DNA of 64,000 bases from Nemertoderma westbladi (GCA_032718475.1 JAUCBJ010009161.1:1-64000), one strand, 5' to 3'; shown: positions 54,701 through 64,000, counted from the first letter of the stretch. Numbers and translations: made by a program. Notes: generated from the letters alone by a model not told the origin.

Positions 54701-55122
54701 AAGAGGACAGCGGGAAAGACACTGAGAGATCTTACTACGTTGAAAAAACCTCAAAAGATGTAAGTAAATACAAGGCTCGAAACAACGATATGAGAGAACA
54801 GGTTGCCAAGACCCCTCCTCAGTCTCCTAAGAGAATTCACGGAAGAAAGCCCGAAGAAAGAACGAGAGTGCATAACGTTACCCAAGGTAAGGTGAGTAAC
54901 ATCAAACCAAAATGTGCGCTGTGCGATGGGCCCCACCGTTTGAGTGCGTGTGCTGAATTTCTAAAGAAATCCCTTGTAGACAGACGTACAGTCCTGTGGA
55001 ATAAGCGGTTATGCTATAATTGCCTCAGATCAGGACACCAACGGCGAACCTGTTACTCCGACGTAAAGTGTGCAAAGTGTGGCGCGAAACATCACATCTT
55101 GTTACACAGTGAGTTCGAATGA
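51745..55122 (+). CDS. gag: Gag of element C (1125 aa, intact)
   Basis: Uninterrupted ORF with an EAEAERKAA coiled coil, Bel gag core and three C-terminal zinc knuckles. It ends at a TGA where B has AGA. Confidence 0.92.
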   Translation: MSDTQQNLSDSLIDTTICDTDRSVERLRKEFSSPPTERKVIPPVVVSDPKLIQHRRSIIGTRAQVKRNQEAAVPQQQQPSQETYSQRSDSSSSSDTVELTPERGLRMAAKAYSDPLLTLPAAVLTTILIAVEEYQADWARSKRATQDNYAGYAREELMSIVESQWNFPRPGLPLDLSEATWEDIHRMGVTKDTMDPAVWKRSAAGYVQGFFGSLERLEEQLFRQPQGPQEQEELLYQVRERTLRIRLILSAFEETSKRRQDTSLQVAVETWFQRVGRKVQETDQWKSQLSERLTYEEPTDATLPQVEGEETAERPRTRDAIDIYLSDYQRFLGDEELRRRLSGLSPNSEGTQRVLDSIDAEMLAANQAEFDEKLRLPRVQEEQVKKRRIEEQKAAAMAEAEVERKAAAAEAEAERKAAAAEAEAERKAAKAVAEAERRASEQTTQLELENLQETQDNINKQLTAIQMQMMRRSTPKRQGYTSSEESETTDPEGGGNRSRLSRRRKTSHRHKLPDLPPAVRRQLASTDLGSTELAYQTIQVKRLPTIVDEPEIIRPVVPKVTSVLETPVLPELNSKFPLHSTTLPVPGRTVQENIPVLIAEREIKDLSPVVPRQPATMLATPVSAVEWVEEGQRGMNLLLGQMQETVHQLKGTVREGRAELQEVQQSIALECDKLVNIQKGIPIPPVKLCQPVRSEVLHAQGVEPTRIYTASEVETPIANPIKGDYRPVINDIPYRPDNDPRNLYTDNSILNNTMAQESFTRQMARTEARQAVKVGEIVKFNGDEMKWLPFNEYYKDSIQNSVLSNGEKLRFLIKCLEGPPRLMALKFVGHPEGLRQVWDTLNIRYGNKDNIAKYLYAKLVAPRHFLSSGIIEFSDEIQEICRQLDWLGKSHEYQSSMVIGAVVSTLPKGGVCTRWDKKVLYINEQQRRSPTMADLMSFLDGEVKLQLIKQSREKTSENKVSEKPASRRRVTPVCYTDDGESQASQEEDSGKDTERSYYVEKTSKDVSKYKARNNDMREQVAKTPPQSPKRIHGRKPEERTRVHNVTQGKVSNIKPKCALCDGPHRLSACAEFLKKSLVDRRTVLWNKRLCYNCLRSGHQRRTCYSDVKCAKCGAKHHILLHSEFE

Positions 55123-56347
55123 AACAACCCGAGTCAGGTAAGTGAGCCCGAACTACATGTCCAATTCAGTGATGTAAATGACACTGATCAAGAATCTGAG
55201 ATGGAAGGATTCTATACTAACGAATTCTCCGACGCCAACGAATCCTGTTACTTAATAAATACCGCAGTGTATCGAGCACTTACGCATGAAAAGGACACCG
55301 ACAATGAGTTCCCCCCAACTACCTTTGACAGACAACCATCTTGGAAAGCTCCAACTTCCAACGTAGAAATCAGAGAATTTCCTGTAGTGCAGGTAAGAGT
55401 TCACGGTCCTAACAAAAGTTACATAGTGAACGCCCTCCTTGACTCCGGCAGCATAGGAACATTCATCGATCAAGAACTAGCCGAAGATATCTTTGCTGGA
55501 CAACCCAAATTCCGGACTAAATTGAACATGTCAGGAATTATGCAGGTTTGGAAATCTACCCTAACGGCAGATTACTATGTAGGTGTGTTGTCCACCCCCC
55601 AGGATAAATTAGGAGCACAAGGTATAAGGTCGGTAAAAATGGTGGCTATAAAGAACTTCGCTACTACTCAAGCAGACCTTTATAATTGGGACGAGGATGA
55701 GAGCATTCAACATCTTAAGATACCTCGATTCCAGACAGATTATCCTGGAGTGCAAATACTCATCGGCCAAAACGCGCATGAGGCGCTCGAGACATTGGAG
55801 AAACGGCCTGCTCAACCACAGCCACTACAAACCTATGCGGTAAGAACTAGAGTAGGTTGGTACTTCACTGGCCCTTCCCGTAGAACTCTCAAAGAGAGAT
55901 TACCTCAACAACAGGTATACCAAGTAAAGGAATGGGAAAATGGAGAGCAGTGAGGTGGACGAACTAGCTGAGGGAACACCATACTCCTCAGATAATGACG
56001 ATATTAACTCCAATGTAGATCAATGGAGACATTGCCTTGGGACGATTAATCCAGCCGACATCGCTTCCAGAGGAGCAACTCCTCAAGAACTGATAGATAC
56101 TCCAGGCTGGTTAGGTGGATCCGACTCCTTAAGTAAAGAAGAAGAAGAATGGCCTCCTCATCTTACCACGGCGGAGCGTAGACAGGCCAAGGGAGCGGAG
56201 AAAGTAACACAACAACTCAATCGCCCAACTAGTCGTTTATGTTTACTGGAACGAGACCGAAAACTGTCCGGAAACTACGGAAGGCAAGATACTCTTCCTA
56301 CGACCACTTCCCTAATCCGACAAATATCTAGGGACTCCATAACGTAA
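55123..56347 (+). pseudogene. pol: Element C pol remnant: protease plus short RNase H and integrase-tail pieces
   Basis: LLDSGS protease, then SSDNDDIN|SNVDQWRHC (RT and most of RNase H deleted, ~56008) and GAEKV|TQQLNRP (integrase deleted, ~56206) relative to B. Confidence 0.92.
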
Positions 56348-57969
56348 TAACATATGGAGTGGGCGTGTGACTATATCATTTTATATTTGTTTTTATTTTA
56401 TATTTATGTATGTATTATTATGTAATTTTATTATAATCGTTTTCTTTAATTTTATTTAGTAGAATGTCATTTTAGTGATTATTTAGTAGATTAGTGCAAT
56501 ATATTATTGTTTATTACGTACGTAATTACTTATAATATATTTAGTGTGACGGCGAGAAATAATTATTTTTCTCTTTCCTTACTGTCCGTATCATATTATA
56601 AATACGTGACTACAGTAAGATGAAATGTCCGTACTTCTTAAAGTACAATAAAGCCACTACTATATTCAAGTATTATTGGTAGGCAGAGTATTAGGAATGC
56701 AAAGTTCAGATCCTCGAGTCTCGGCTAAACCAAGCTCTGGGTAGACCTTGGAAACGACTTGCCTCTTCACACTGACATTGCTTCGTGCGATATTGCTCTT
56801 CTACCTTATATTAAATAATACATATAATAGTGTGATGTCCCTCTAACAGTAGCGTAAAACGCAAATAAATCTGTTAAACTTTTTGACCATCTGTAATTCT
56901 AGTCGATTAAGATATCGCGGCACCCACCGATATACTTGAAAGACAAATTCTAGAATCAGTGGTTAACGTCCCCAGACAAGTTCTGGAATAAATCGGTGCC
57001 CATCTTAAATATTAATTTAATATTTATTAAAATCTGTAAAATTCAGATCCGTTAACAATTCTAGTTGATTAAGATATCGTAGCACTTACCGATACTCTTA
57101 AAAGACAAATTTCATAGAATTAAGGATCCTATGTCCCCAGACCTGCTCTGGAATCAAATTGTGTCAATTTTAACATCAAATAATAAAATTCACGGGAATA
57201 AATTTAAATTCATATTTTAAATGAATTTCATAAATTGTCATTTTGTACAATTTATAACATTCCCAAAATTCCATTAATTAATAGATCATGGGAGCGGAGA
57301 TTCATCCTATTGAGTGTATTAGAGTGCGAGAATCTCCAACATATAGTCAATAGCCGATAAAATTAATAAAATCATGCATAAAGAGGATATTGACAATTAA
57401 AGAATTATTATTAAATAGCATCCCAGATCTGTATGCATGAGAATTAACCTAATTCTACCGCTAGCATTCCATAATGTCACCATAGCAACACCCACGCCAG
57501 AATTAGAAGCAAGTTAAAAGAACAATAGAAGGCTTGCCCCATTGCATAGCATAGAATATAGCACACTGCTAGTATCCAAGGATACACAGTAATAACGTGA
57601 CATTCTGGAAGGCACTGACTAACGGACAAATGGCCTGTATGTGTGCAGTTGGTGACAGTTGTGTGGAATTTGTGCGTTTATAGGTGAATGTTACTGCTAA
57701 AGTATGTTTACAGTAGCTAGTCGCAATTGTAAAGGTAGCCCAACTCTCCTATAGAAAGAACCTAAGTGGATCCAAGCCTTTGGGACAGACAGTGGAGTGA
57801 CTTGTGCCGGTTATCATTGTCGTGCTGTTGCTACATGTTGGCGTAAACACCGCGACGACGGTACATCGGCGCTGAGAATCCCACTGTCCGGGGGCAAAGA
57901 GAAGTAGGCAGTGACGCCCGCTCGCCTAAATATAAACTTATTTGATATTAATAAACTCAGATAGCAGAT
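56348..57969 (+). promoter_or_regulatory. Conserved non-coding spacer between pol and ORF3
   Basis: Colinear and highly similar to 29585-31305 (reverse complement). Contains an internal ~120-bp duplication (~56895-57005 / 57057-57165) and a GC-rich segment just before the ATG. Confidence 0.6.
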
Positions 57970-60900
57970 ATGACGGAGTTGATAGAAGATGATCTTGGTA
58001 TTAGGGAGCGATATACTCTACCTTTACAAGCATTTGTGGATAGCTTAATACGCGGTGAAGCCGATCCAACCATTACGGAGGACGATGGTCGTTATATCGA
58101 ACCGCTGATGTCCCAAGAGCAACTTGCGCATGAATTGGACTATCGAAAATTCACCACTCGCTATACGAATCGCAATGGTACATATATGGACTTCTTAACT
58201 ACCGGCCATTCTATCGATTTGCATGATACGGACGATGTAGATACAGAGAGGGAAATGGTTCTATTTAAATATCATACCCAGCGGAGTTGTAACGATAAAC
58301 CGAGAATAGATCACGAAAATTTTATTCGTAATCGACTGGAAAGAGAAAACGTTGAAGAACCGGATAAACGCATCGACTTCAACGAATACCTAGAATTTTT
58401 GAGAGAAACCTATCTCAACATCGCCAGTCAGCAGAACTTAGAGACTCGATATCCTCAAGGTATACATCACGACCCTGTGGTAGAACTTAAACGGCTCTAT
58501 TTCACTATGATATATCTTACCGCCGATCGTCCACTACCTGTTATCCCGGATAGTTTTGAACAAATGGAAGAATACTGCAAAACTGGAGAACGATCACCCG
58601 CGTTTCCTCTACAGGACGTACGTCTTTGGTATTATTGTGACGAATGCCCTAGACCTAACCAACAAACTGAAAGACATAAACATCCGCGGAGACGTTGCGC
58701 TAAACATAGTTTTACGCGTTACACTTACGGGAGTTTCGAGCGAAACCTGTTCGACATACCACCCATGATCGCTCGTCTTAAACGATCACTGAATAAACCC
58801 ATGATCAGAGTTCCGGAATACTCGGTCAGGCCTCCTCATTCCCTAGTGAGACCTCAAACTCTTGATCCTAACAGTATCACTGATCCTCCCGAACTATATT
58901 CCCTGTTCAAAGACTTAGTGTTACCCGAACAATTAGTCGGTGGTGCTCCGGTAGTGGGTTCGTTAGACATCCGCCCATCCTACTTAGCCGGATTGGGACG
59001 CGGGCAGCTAATATCGCCCTTTGATCCTTACAATCGTCCAGGATTAAACCCGATGCAACCCGCCACGGAAGTCGAGGAGAGCGTTATAAGAAACGCTTTA
59101 GACGCCATTCGACAGAAAATCGGAAAGGGAACACAAGATTGTTTAGAGAAACGTAAATTACAACAACAAGTCCAATCGGTGAAGGAGTTAGCCTTGCCAC
59201 AGTTCGATAGGGAAATCCAAAACCTCGAGGAAGACATAGAGCTTGGACGCACGTATTCTCTACAAGAATTTTTAGATGAACGCTTACAGAGACAAGCGGA
59301 AGAAATTCTACTCGAGGAGAAACACACGAAACTGGAAGAGAGAGAAGAAGCCGCTTTAGCCCAACCGGAAGCTCAAATCCTCATGACGGACCTCTACTCT
59401 AAAACCGTTCGTCATCCCTCGATGATTCCACATTTCGGGGACAAGCTCTTCGCGACGATACAACCTCAACCGGTTGATATCAGTACAGGATCGCAAAATC
59501 TTATCGCTGACGCCCCTATGTTACAGCGTCCGCCGATCGAGGCCGCTCGTGTTGACGGTATACTCGTTGAACCTCCGGATAATCGAGCGGATCTTGTCCG
59601 TCGTATGGTACACGATGTCAACATACGCGCTAGACCTTTACAGAACTCGTTTTATGGGATTAAAGACCACCCTTATTACGTTAATCTGACTCAATATTAT
59701 ATGATAAAACCTGAAGACCCGACACATAATTTAAAGTTTCTACCACTAATAAATCCTCTAGACATTGTCGAACTCGAACAATTGCAGAAACATCTGGATC
59801 AGTTAGTAAAGGTAAACTCATTTAGAAAACCATATAACATTTCTCGAATCGAGAAAGATATAGAACCTCCTTATAATCTCGATGGATTTATTAAAACTCG
59901 ATTAGTCCATTGGAATCTAGATGTATTATTTGAAGAAGAGAAAATACAAAGATATGGAAATGTGGAGACGTATACCACTCGGCACATGAAGTATAGTGAT
60001 CTCCCTGACGCTAACCAATGCGCCACCTTGTGGCATCCAGTAGGGATGACCCTAGAGAACGCCACCAAGGAGTGGAATGAAACTCTTAATGTTATTGAGA
60101 TGTATGGAGTTGTCACCTACGATAATGAAGGTAGCGTTCCGGTCGGAGAACTAGGAACTACGCGCATGATTCACATACGTGGATTAGCTGGTTCTACCCA
60201 CGTGTTTACTCGAGCGTGTTCCGACGTGATTGATTATTCCTTTGAAACTCTCACCGAAACACAAAAGAATCTCCGACATGGACAATTCGAACTCGCGCAG
60301 CGTTACGTCATTGACACCGAACGCAAACCGGCCATGGGCATCGATGGATCGATGTTACCCCAGCCCGTACTCGAGATGTTGTTCAACGAAAGAATCCTTA
60401 AAATCGGCTCAGCTGTTTATGGAGATCTCCAAAACGACTTTCGGAATATGGAGAACATTCCATACCCTTTCGTTGATACTCAGCTGATTGCTCCCTGGGC
60501 AGAAGGTCGAGGTTTCTTCCGCACTATGTATGCTAATACGCCTAGCAACATTACCAAGGTGCAACGAACTTCCATCGGACATCTTGCCTTTCAGGAATAC
60601 GGATGGAATTTCAAAGTCGGAAATCCCATTAACTATCAACAAGTATACGGAGACCATTATTCTCGATTATACTTTGATGGACCATTGACCGCACCTGGCG
60701 CCGTGTATAGCTTCATGAGTGTTCCACTCCGTCCCTCCTTAGCTATATACACGATCTATGAAAACACCGCACTTGCCGGTTGGCTAGCCGATGTGTGCAG
60801 TCGTACTATACGCGCCCATCCATTAATACTTGGGACCAAACTCGCTAAGCTAGATGAACATAATAAATTCATCCGTTTCGAATGTTTCCGGCGATTTTTA

Positions 60901-62223
60901 ACCCCGTTCCGCAACGTGGATAGCCAATTTAAAGACCGCGCTTTGACCAAGCTCAGCCTAAGAGACTCAGCTGCAGAGAAGTTGGATAGCGCTGGATTCG
61001 CCGTTTTCCAAGAGATTTGTATATCAAACTTACACTCCTCTGTTATACAAAGACCTCGAATCCCCACAGGTTATTCTGTCGTGGAAATTCAGACAATAGG
61101 TCCACCTGAAGAGACAGACGCGCCCACTTCAGCTATGCACTTGGAAGACGAACCAATATGTCTAGAATCTGAAGAGATTCAGCCTATCGCGCCCCGGACC
61201 AGCGACAACGATTACATCATAGAATGGTATCAAGGTCCACAGTGTCTCACTGCGTACGATTATCGACATGCCAACTATGTTTCTAGGCAACGTTGTCGGT
61301 TATGCGCATCGAGAGACCACGATACGCCCATGGACACCAACGTCCGCTGTTCCTATTTCCAAGAACAACCGACTATGGAAATTTATTGCGCATATTGCAG
61401 ACTCAATAACTTGCATATTTTTGCGGTTTGCCCTCAATTTATGACTCAATGTCACCATTGTCAACTAAAGGGACATGCCAGTTTCGATTGCCCTTTTAAT
61501 CACGATTTGGAAAGCGTAGATGAAATGATCACACTACGTTACATCAGAGCTTGGGAAGCGAACGCTGATTTACATTGTGATTCGCGCCATCGCTATTATC
61601 CCGGACGCGCTTACGAAGGAGTTTATGCGTTCCATCCTTATCTATTCGCTTCGGTTGAACAGAAATCACGCATATCAAGTTACGAGCTACTGAAGCGCGT
61701 TGGAGAATGTATTTCAACCAAATTCGTACGCAAATTTCTCAGGAGTGTTAATCCTAGCGACCTTCATTCCTATAACTTAATCAATTATATCCGTCAGGAT
61801 CCGGACTATGGAGACTTGTTTGTTAACTCACACCCCGAGTTACAGGAAGTATATCGACGGCCTTACGAATACCGAGCCCGCGAACGCGAGTTGGAAAGGA
61901 CCATTAAACCCCGGAGGTTTCTAATTGCTTATGGTCCACCCACGGCCCTCGTTCAGACCACTCGTAAAGGACCCGTAAGAGCGGCTGTCTTGAAACGAGC
62001 TCTCAAAGCCGTTAGACCCCTCTCCCCTGACGTTGATGTCAATCAACCCGGTACTTCGACTGGCGGATACACCGACCATAATCCTACACCCTCTGATGCA
62101 ATCATATTGCACCCTTCACCCAGGAGTTATAGCCCTCCTTGTAAAGTGGCTCGCCCCAAAGAGAAAAAGACTCTGGCTAGCTTTAAGAAACTGCGTAAAC
62201 GCCGTCCGCGCAAGAAAGACTAA
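57970..62223 (+). CDS. Retrotransposon-borne ORF3, 1417 aa: putative DEDDy 3'-5' exonuclease domain, CCHC zinc fingers and basic C-terminal tail
   Basis: Intact ORF with a homolog in element B. Motifs: VVTYDNEG (ExoI), LPQPVLEMLFNERILKIGSAVYGD (ExoII), FVDTQ, SIGHLA, PLRPSLAIYTIYE (ExoIII-like); C-x2-C-x4-H-x4-C knuckle CHHCQLKGHASFDC; KKLRKRRPRKKD tail. Confidence 0.85.
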   Translation: MTELIEDDLGIRERYTLPLQAFVDSLIRGEADPTITEDDGRYIEPLMSQEQLAHELDYRKFTTRYTNRNGTYMDFLTTGHSIDLHDTDDVDTEREMVLFKYHTQRSCNDKPRIDHENFIRNRLERENVEEPDKRIDFNEYLEFLRETYLNIASQQNLETRYPQGIHHDPVVELKRLYFTMIYLTADRPLPVIPDSFEQMEEYCKTGERSPAFPLQDVRLWYYCDECPRPNQQTERHKHPRRRCAKHSFTRYTYGSFERNLFDIPPMIARLKRSLNKPMIRVPEYSVRPPHSLVRPQTLDPNSITDPPELYSLFKDLVLPEQLVGGAPVVGSLDIRPSYLAGLGRGQLISPFDPYNRPGLNPMQPATEVEESVIRNALDAIRQKIGKGTQDCLEKRKLQQQVQSVKELALPQFDREIQNLEEDIELGRTYSLQEFLDERLQRQAEEILLEEKHTKLEEREEAALAQPEAQILMTDLYSKTVRHPSMIPHFGDKLFATIQPQPVDISTGSQNLIADAPMLQRPPIEAARVDGILVEPPDNRADLVRRMVHDVNIRARPLQNSFYGIKDHPYYVNLTQYYMIKPEDPTHNLKFLPLINPLDIVELEQLQKHLDQLVKVNSFRKPYNISRIEKDIEPPYNLDGFIKTRLVHWNLDVLFEEEKIQRYGNVETYTTRHMKYSDLPDANQCATLWHPVGMTLENATKEWNETLNVIEMYGVVTYDNEGSVPVGELGTTRMIHIRGLAGSTHVFTRACSDVIDYSFETLTETQKNLRHGQFELAQRYVIDTERKPAMGIDGSMLPQPVLEMLFNERILKIGSAVYGDLQNDFRNMENIPYPFVDTQLIAPWAEGRGFFRTMYANTPSNITKVQRTSIGHLAFQEYGWNFKVGNPINYQQVYGDHYSRLYFDGPLTAPGAVYSFMSVPLRPSLAIYTIYENTALAGWLADVCSRTIRAHPLILGTKLAKLDEHNKFIRFECFRRFLTPFRNVDSQFKDRALTKLSLRDSAAEKLDSAGFAVFQEICISNLHSSVIQRPRIPTGYSVVEIQTIGPPEETDAPTSAMHLEDEPICLESEEIQPIAPRTSDNDYIIEWYQGPQCLTAYDYRHANYVSRQRCRLCASRDHDTPMDTNVRCSYFQEQPTMEIYCAYCRLNNLHIFAVCPQFMTQCHHCQLKGHASFDCPFNHDLESVDEMITLRYIRAWEANADLHCDSRHRYYPGRAYEGVYAFHPYLFASVEQKSRISSYELLKRVGECISTKFVRKFLRSVNPSDLHSYNLINYIRQDPDYGDLFVNSHPELQEVYRRPYEYRARERELERTIKPRRFLIAYGPPTALVQTTRKGPVRAAVLKRALKAVRPLSPDVDVNQPGTSTGGYTDHNPTPSDAIILHPSPRSYSPPCKVARPKEKKTLASFKKLRKRRPRKKD

Positions 62224-62301
62224 CTGTTTAGAGTATTTACGTATATTAGAAACTGTGATTTTGTATATTTTATAGACTAAAATCCCATTTTCTGGGAGCG
62301 G

Positions 62302-63537
62302 TGTAAAAGCTTCTGTGGGATATAACTGGCCCCTTTTGCTTCGCAATCCAGTTTCCCCCCAGGCGCTGGAATACTCTAAAAGGGTTCTCTAACTGTATAT
62401 ATATTCCCCTCGCCCGCAAGGTACCGTTACAGGTGTTTTAACGGACATAAAAGTCATTCTTCTATATACGTGTTTTGGCGGACATGGTAAGGCAAAAAAC
62501 CTGCAATGCACCAAATACCTTACACAGCTTAGCCTTGATGATTCATATTACGACATCTAACAGCTGGTTGCTGACATGGGAACAGCCATTGGACGCATGG
62601 TTCTTTGTTTGGCTTGAGCCAATCAGAGCGATTTTTTCTGTCGACGTGTAGATATTTGGTCGATCATACTAGGAGTGTTCTGTCTTACTGTTTTTTCTTG
62701 ATACTTTGTTGTTGCTATCTAGGCCAGGAACACCGGCTCTAGAGTCAATTCATTTTCATACTTTTGAAGAAACATTAGTAGGCTTAAGATTATAGAGCGT
62801 ATAACTGTTATCTTGTCACATCTTGTCATATCATATCTTAACCTACCGTCTTAATGTTGTTTACTGTTGTGTTTTGGTTGAATATTATTTGGAGAACATA
62901 TATAAAGAACCCAAATTTCCCAATTTTCTTGATACACTACAGGTTAGAGAGACGGGATATATATAGCGATTGCGACTTATATTATTGTGGTTTGTAGTGA
63001 ATTTAATGCTATTTGATAAGCCCTACATGAGTCAATTGCTGCTCTCTTTATATATGATAAAATTCATTGATGGTCGGCAAATTAGTGAGAAGTATTGTGT
63101 GTTACCGGTAGTGTGCCTGATTGTGACTGATAACTAAGCATTTCCTAAAGAATGCGCCTCATACGTGAATCATAAGCCTTACCGACTTACCGTTGTGATT
63201 AGTATAAGTCATATCTCTGTTTACCTAGATAGAGCGCCACGTCCTAAAGGAACTGTTAATATTTACCGAAAGTAAATAATATTAGTCAGAAATTAATTAT
63301 TAACGATCAATCGAATAATACAATACAGTAAGCTTACACTGCAATAATAATCTAAGCCCTCAGAATCCAGTCTCCAGGGTATATCCAGCGGGTGAATGGA
63401 CGCGCACTAGGCTGGCTTCTGCTAATGTTGTGTTTATTGGTATTAAATATTTGTCATCTTCTAAAGTCTATTTATAAACCAAAAGACATATACATTTTGG
63501 CAGGTTAAACTGCTAAAGGTCTTCAAAAGCGCGTACA
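62302..63537 (+). repeat. 3' LTR of element C
   Basis: TGTAAAAGC...GCGTACA, preceded by the short purine-rich tract gggagcgg and followed by the ACCTC TSD. Confidence 0.95.
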
Positions 63538-64000
63538 ACCTCTTCCACACAGCTGGATCTCGAGTGTCTCTTACTACTCCCATCCTGTATAAGTCCTCCC
63601 AGGCAGCTTCCGATAAGTTAAACGGGAGTCCGGATCCAGGGAAGTTCCATTGCGTCTCGACAATAGACTTCAGTTCCTCCATCGTGTATCCCGCATAACT
63701 GTCTCTGGTCGATCGCTTACCTATCGCCCAATCGATTTGATGTTCTTCCACCGCGATCAATACTCTAGTGAGTACGGCTCCAGGAAGAATTAGAAGTGGA
63801 TCTGGATAAACCGCTTCTGTCATCTTTGCTCCGATCTTGGGTGTCAACTCTACAGTGTCTGAACTACTGGAGTTATCGGGCCGCTGAGAAATAAGTTCCC
63901 GGTTCGGGTGCTGCTGCTGTTTAACAACTGCCTCTTGGTCCCGCTTGACTTGAGCCCTAGTGCCTATGATAGACCTATAGTTCTTTACTAGCCTAGGGTC
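63538..64000 (-). pseudogene. gag: Element B gag 5' part
   Basis: YPDPLLILPGAVLTRVLIAVEEHQIDWA...RDPAVWKR aligns with aa ~50-200 of the C gag. Confidence 0.9.

Larger units (their letters stand above)
48272..63537 (+). mobile_element. Bel/Pao element C, complete insertion (15.3 kb), pol-deleted, carrying intact gag and ORF3
   Basis: TG...CA LTRs of 1236 bp; 5-bp TSD ACCTC at 48267-48271 and 63538-63542. Confidence 0.95.
26306..64000 (-). mobile_element. Bel/Pao element B (degenerate; gag-pro-RT-RNaseH-INT, spacer, ORF3, LTR), interrupted by element C and continuing past the window end
   Basis: gag reads continuously across the C insertion: 63538-64000 ...RDPAVWKR joins LAAGYVQGFF at 48271. 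Domain order is Bel/Pao type. Confidence 0.88.

Noticed and set aside
55120-55122. Programmed stop-codon read-through between gag and pol
   Set aside because: Element B has a sense codon (AGA) here and Bel/Pao elements normally have a single gag-pol ORF, so a point mutation is simpler.
57970-62223. ORF3 as an envelope (env) gene
   Set aside because: The position fits env, but there is no N-terminal signal peptide or hydrophobic transmembrane anchor, and the C-terminus is basic and NLS-like.
63461-63847. 128-aa ORF as a separate gene
   Set aside because: Chimera of B gag running into the antisense strand of C's 3' LTR at the insertion junction.

Overview
Eukaryotic (probably invertebrate animal), AT-rich, transposon-dense genomic DNA. 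The only host gene I can support is a spliced, minus-strand betagamma-crystallin-domain gene (5 predicted exons, 21090->12144, ~213 aa, one Greek-key motif per exon), whose last exon is duplicated at 1124-1259 by a local segmental duplication. Most of the rest is Bel/Pao LTR retrotransposon. There are pol fragments of one family at 1-742 and 3136-6592 and a gag relic at ~22.9-25.3 kb. Two related large elements are nested in each other: a degenerate minus-strand copy (B, from 26306 to beyond the window end, with a 9.1-kb internal tandem duplication) and a young plus-strand copy (C, 48272-63537, 1236-bp LTRs, ACCTC target-site duplication) inserted in B's gag. The most notable observation is that both elements carry a third ORF between pol and the 3' LTR, intact in C (57970-62223, 1417 aa). 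It is not env-like: by motif reading it has a DEDDy/RNase D-WRN-type 3'-5' exonuclease domain plus a CCHC zinc-finger cluster, and it follows a conserved, apparently structured 1.6-kb spacer. LINE and SINE fragments, MITE-like elements and a 15-bp satellite fill the remainder. All calls are by eye; no searches were run.
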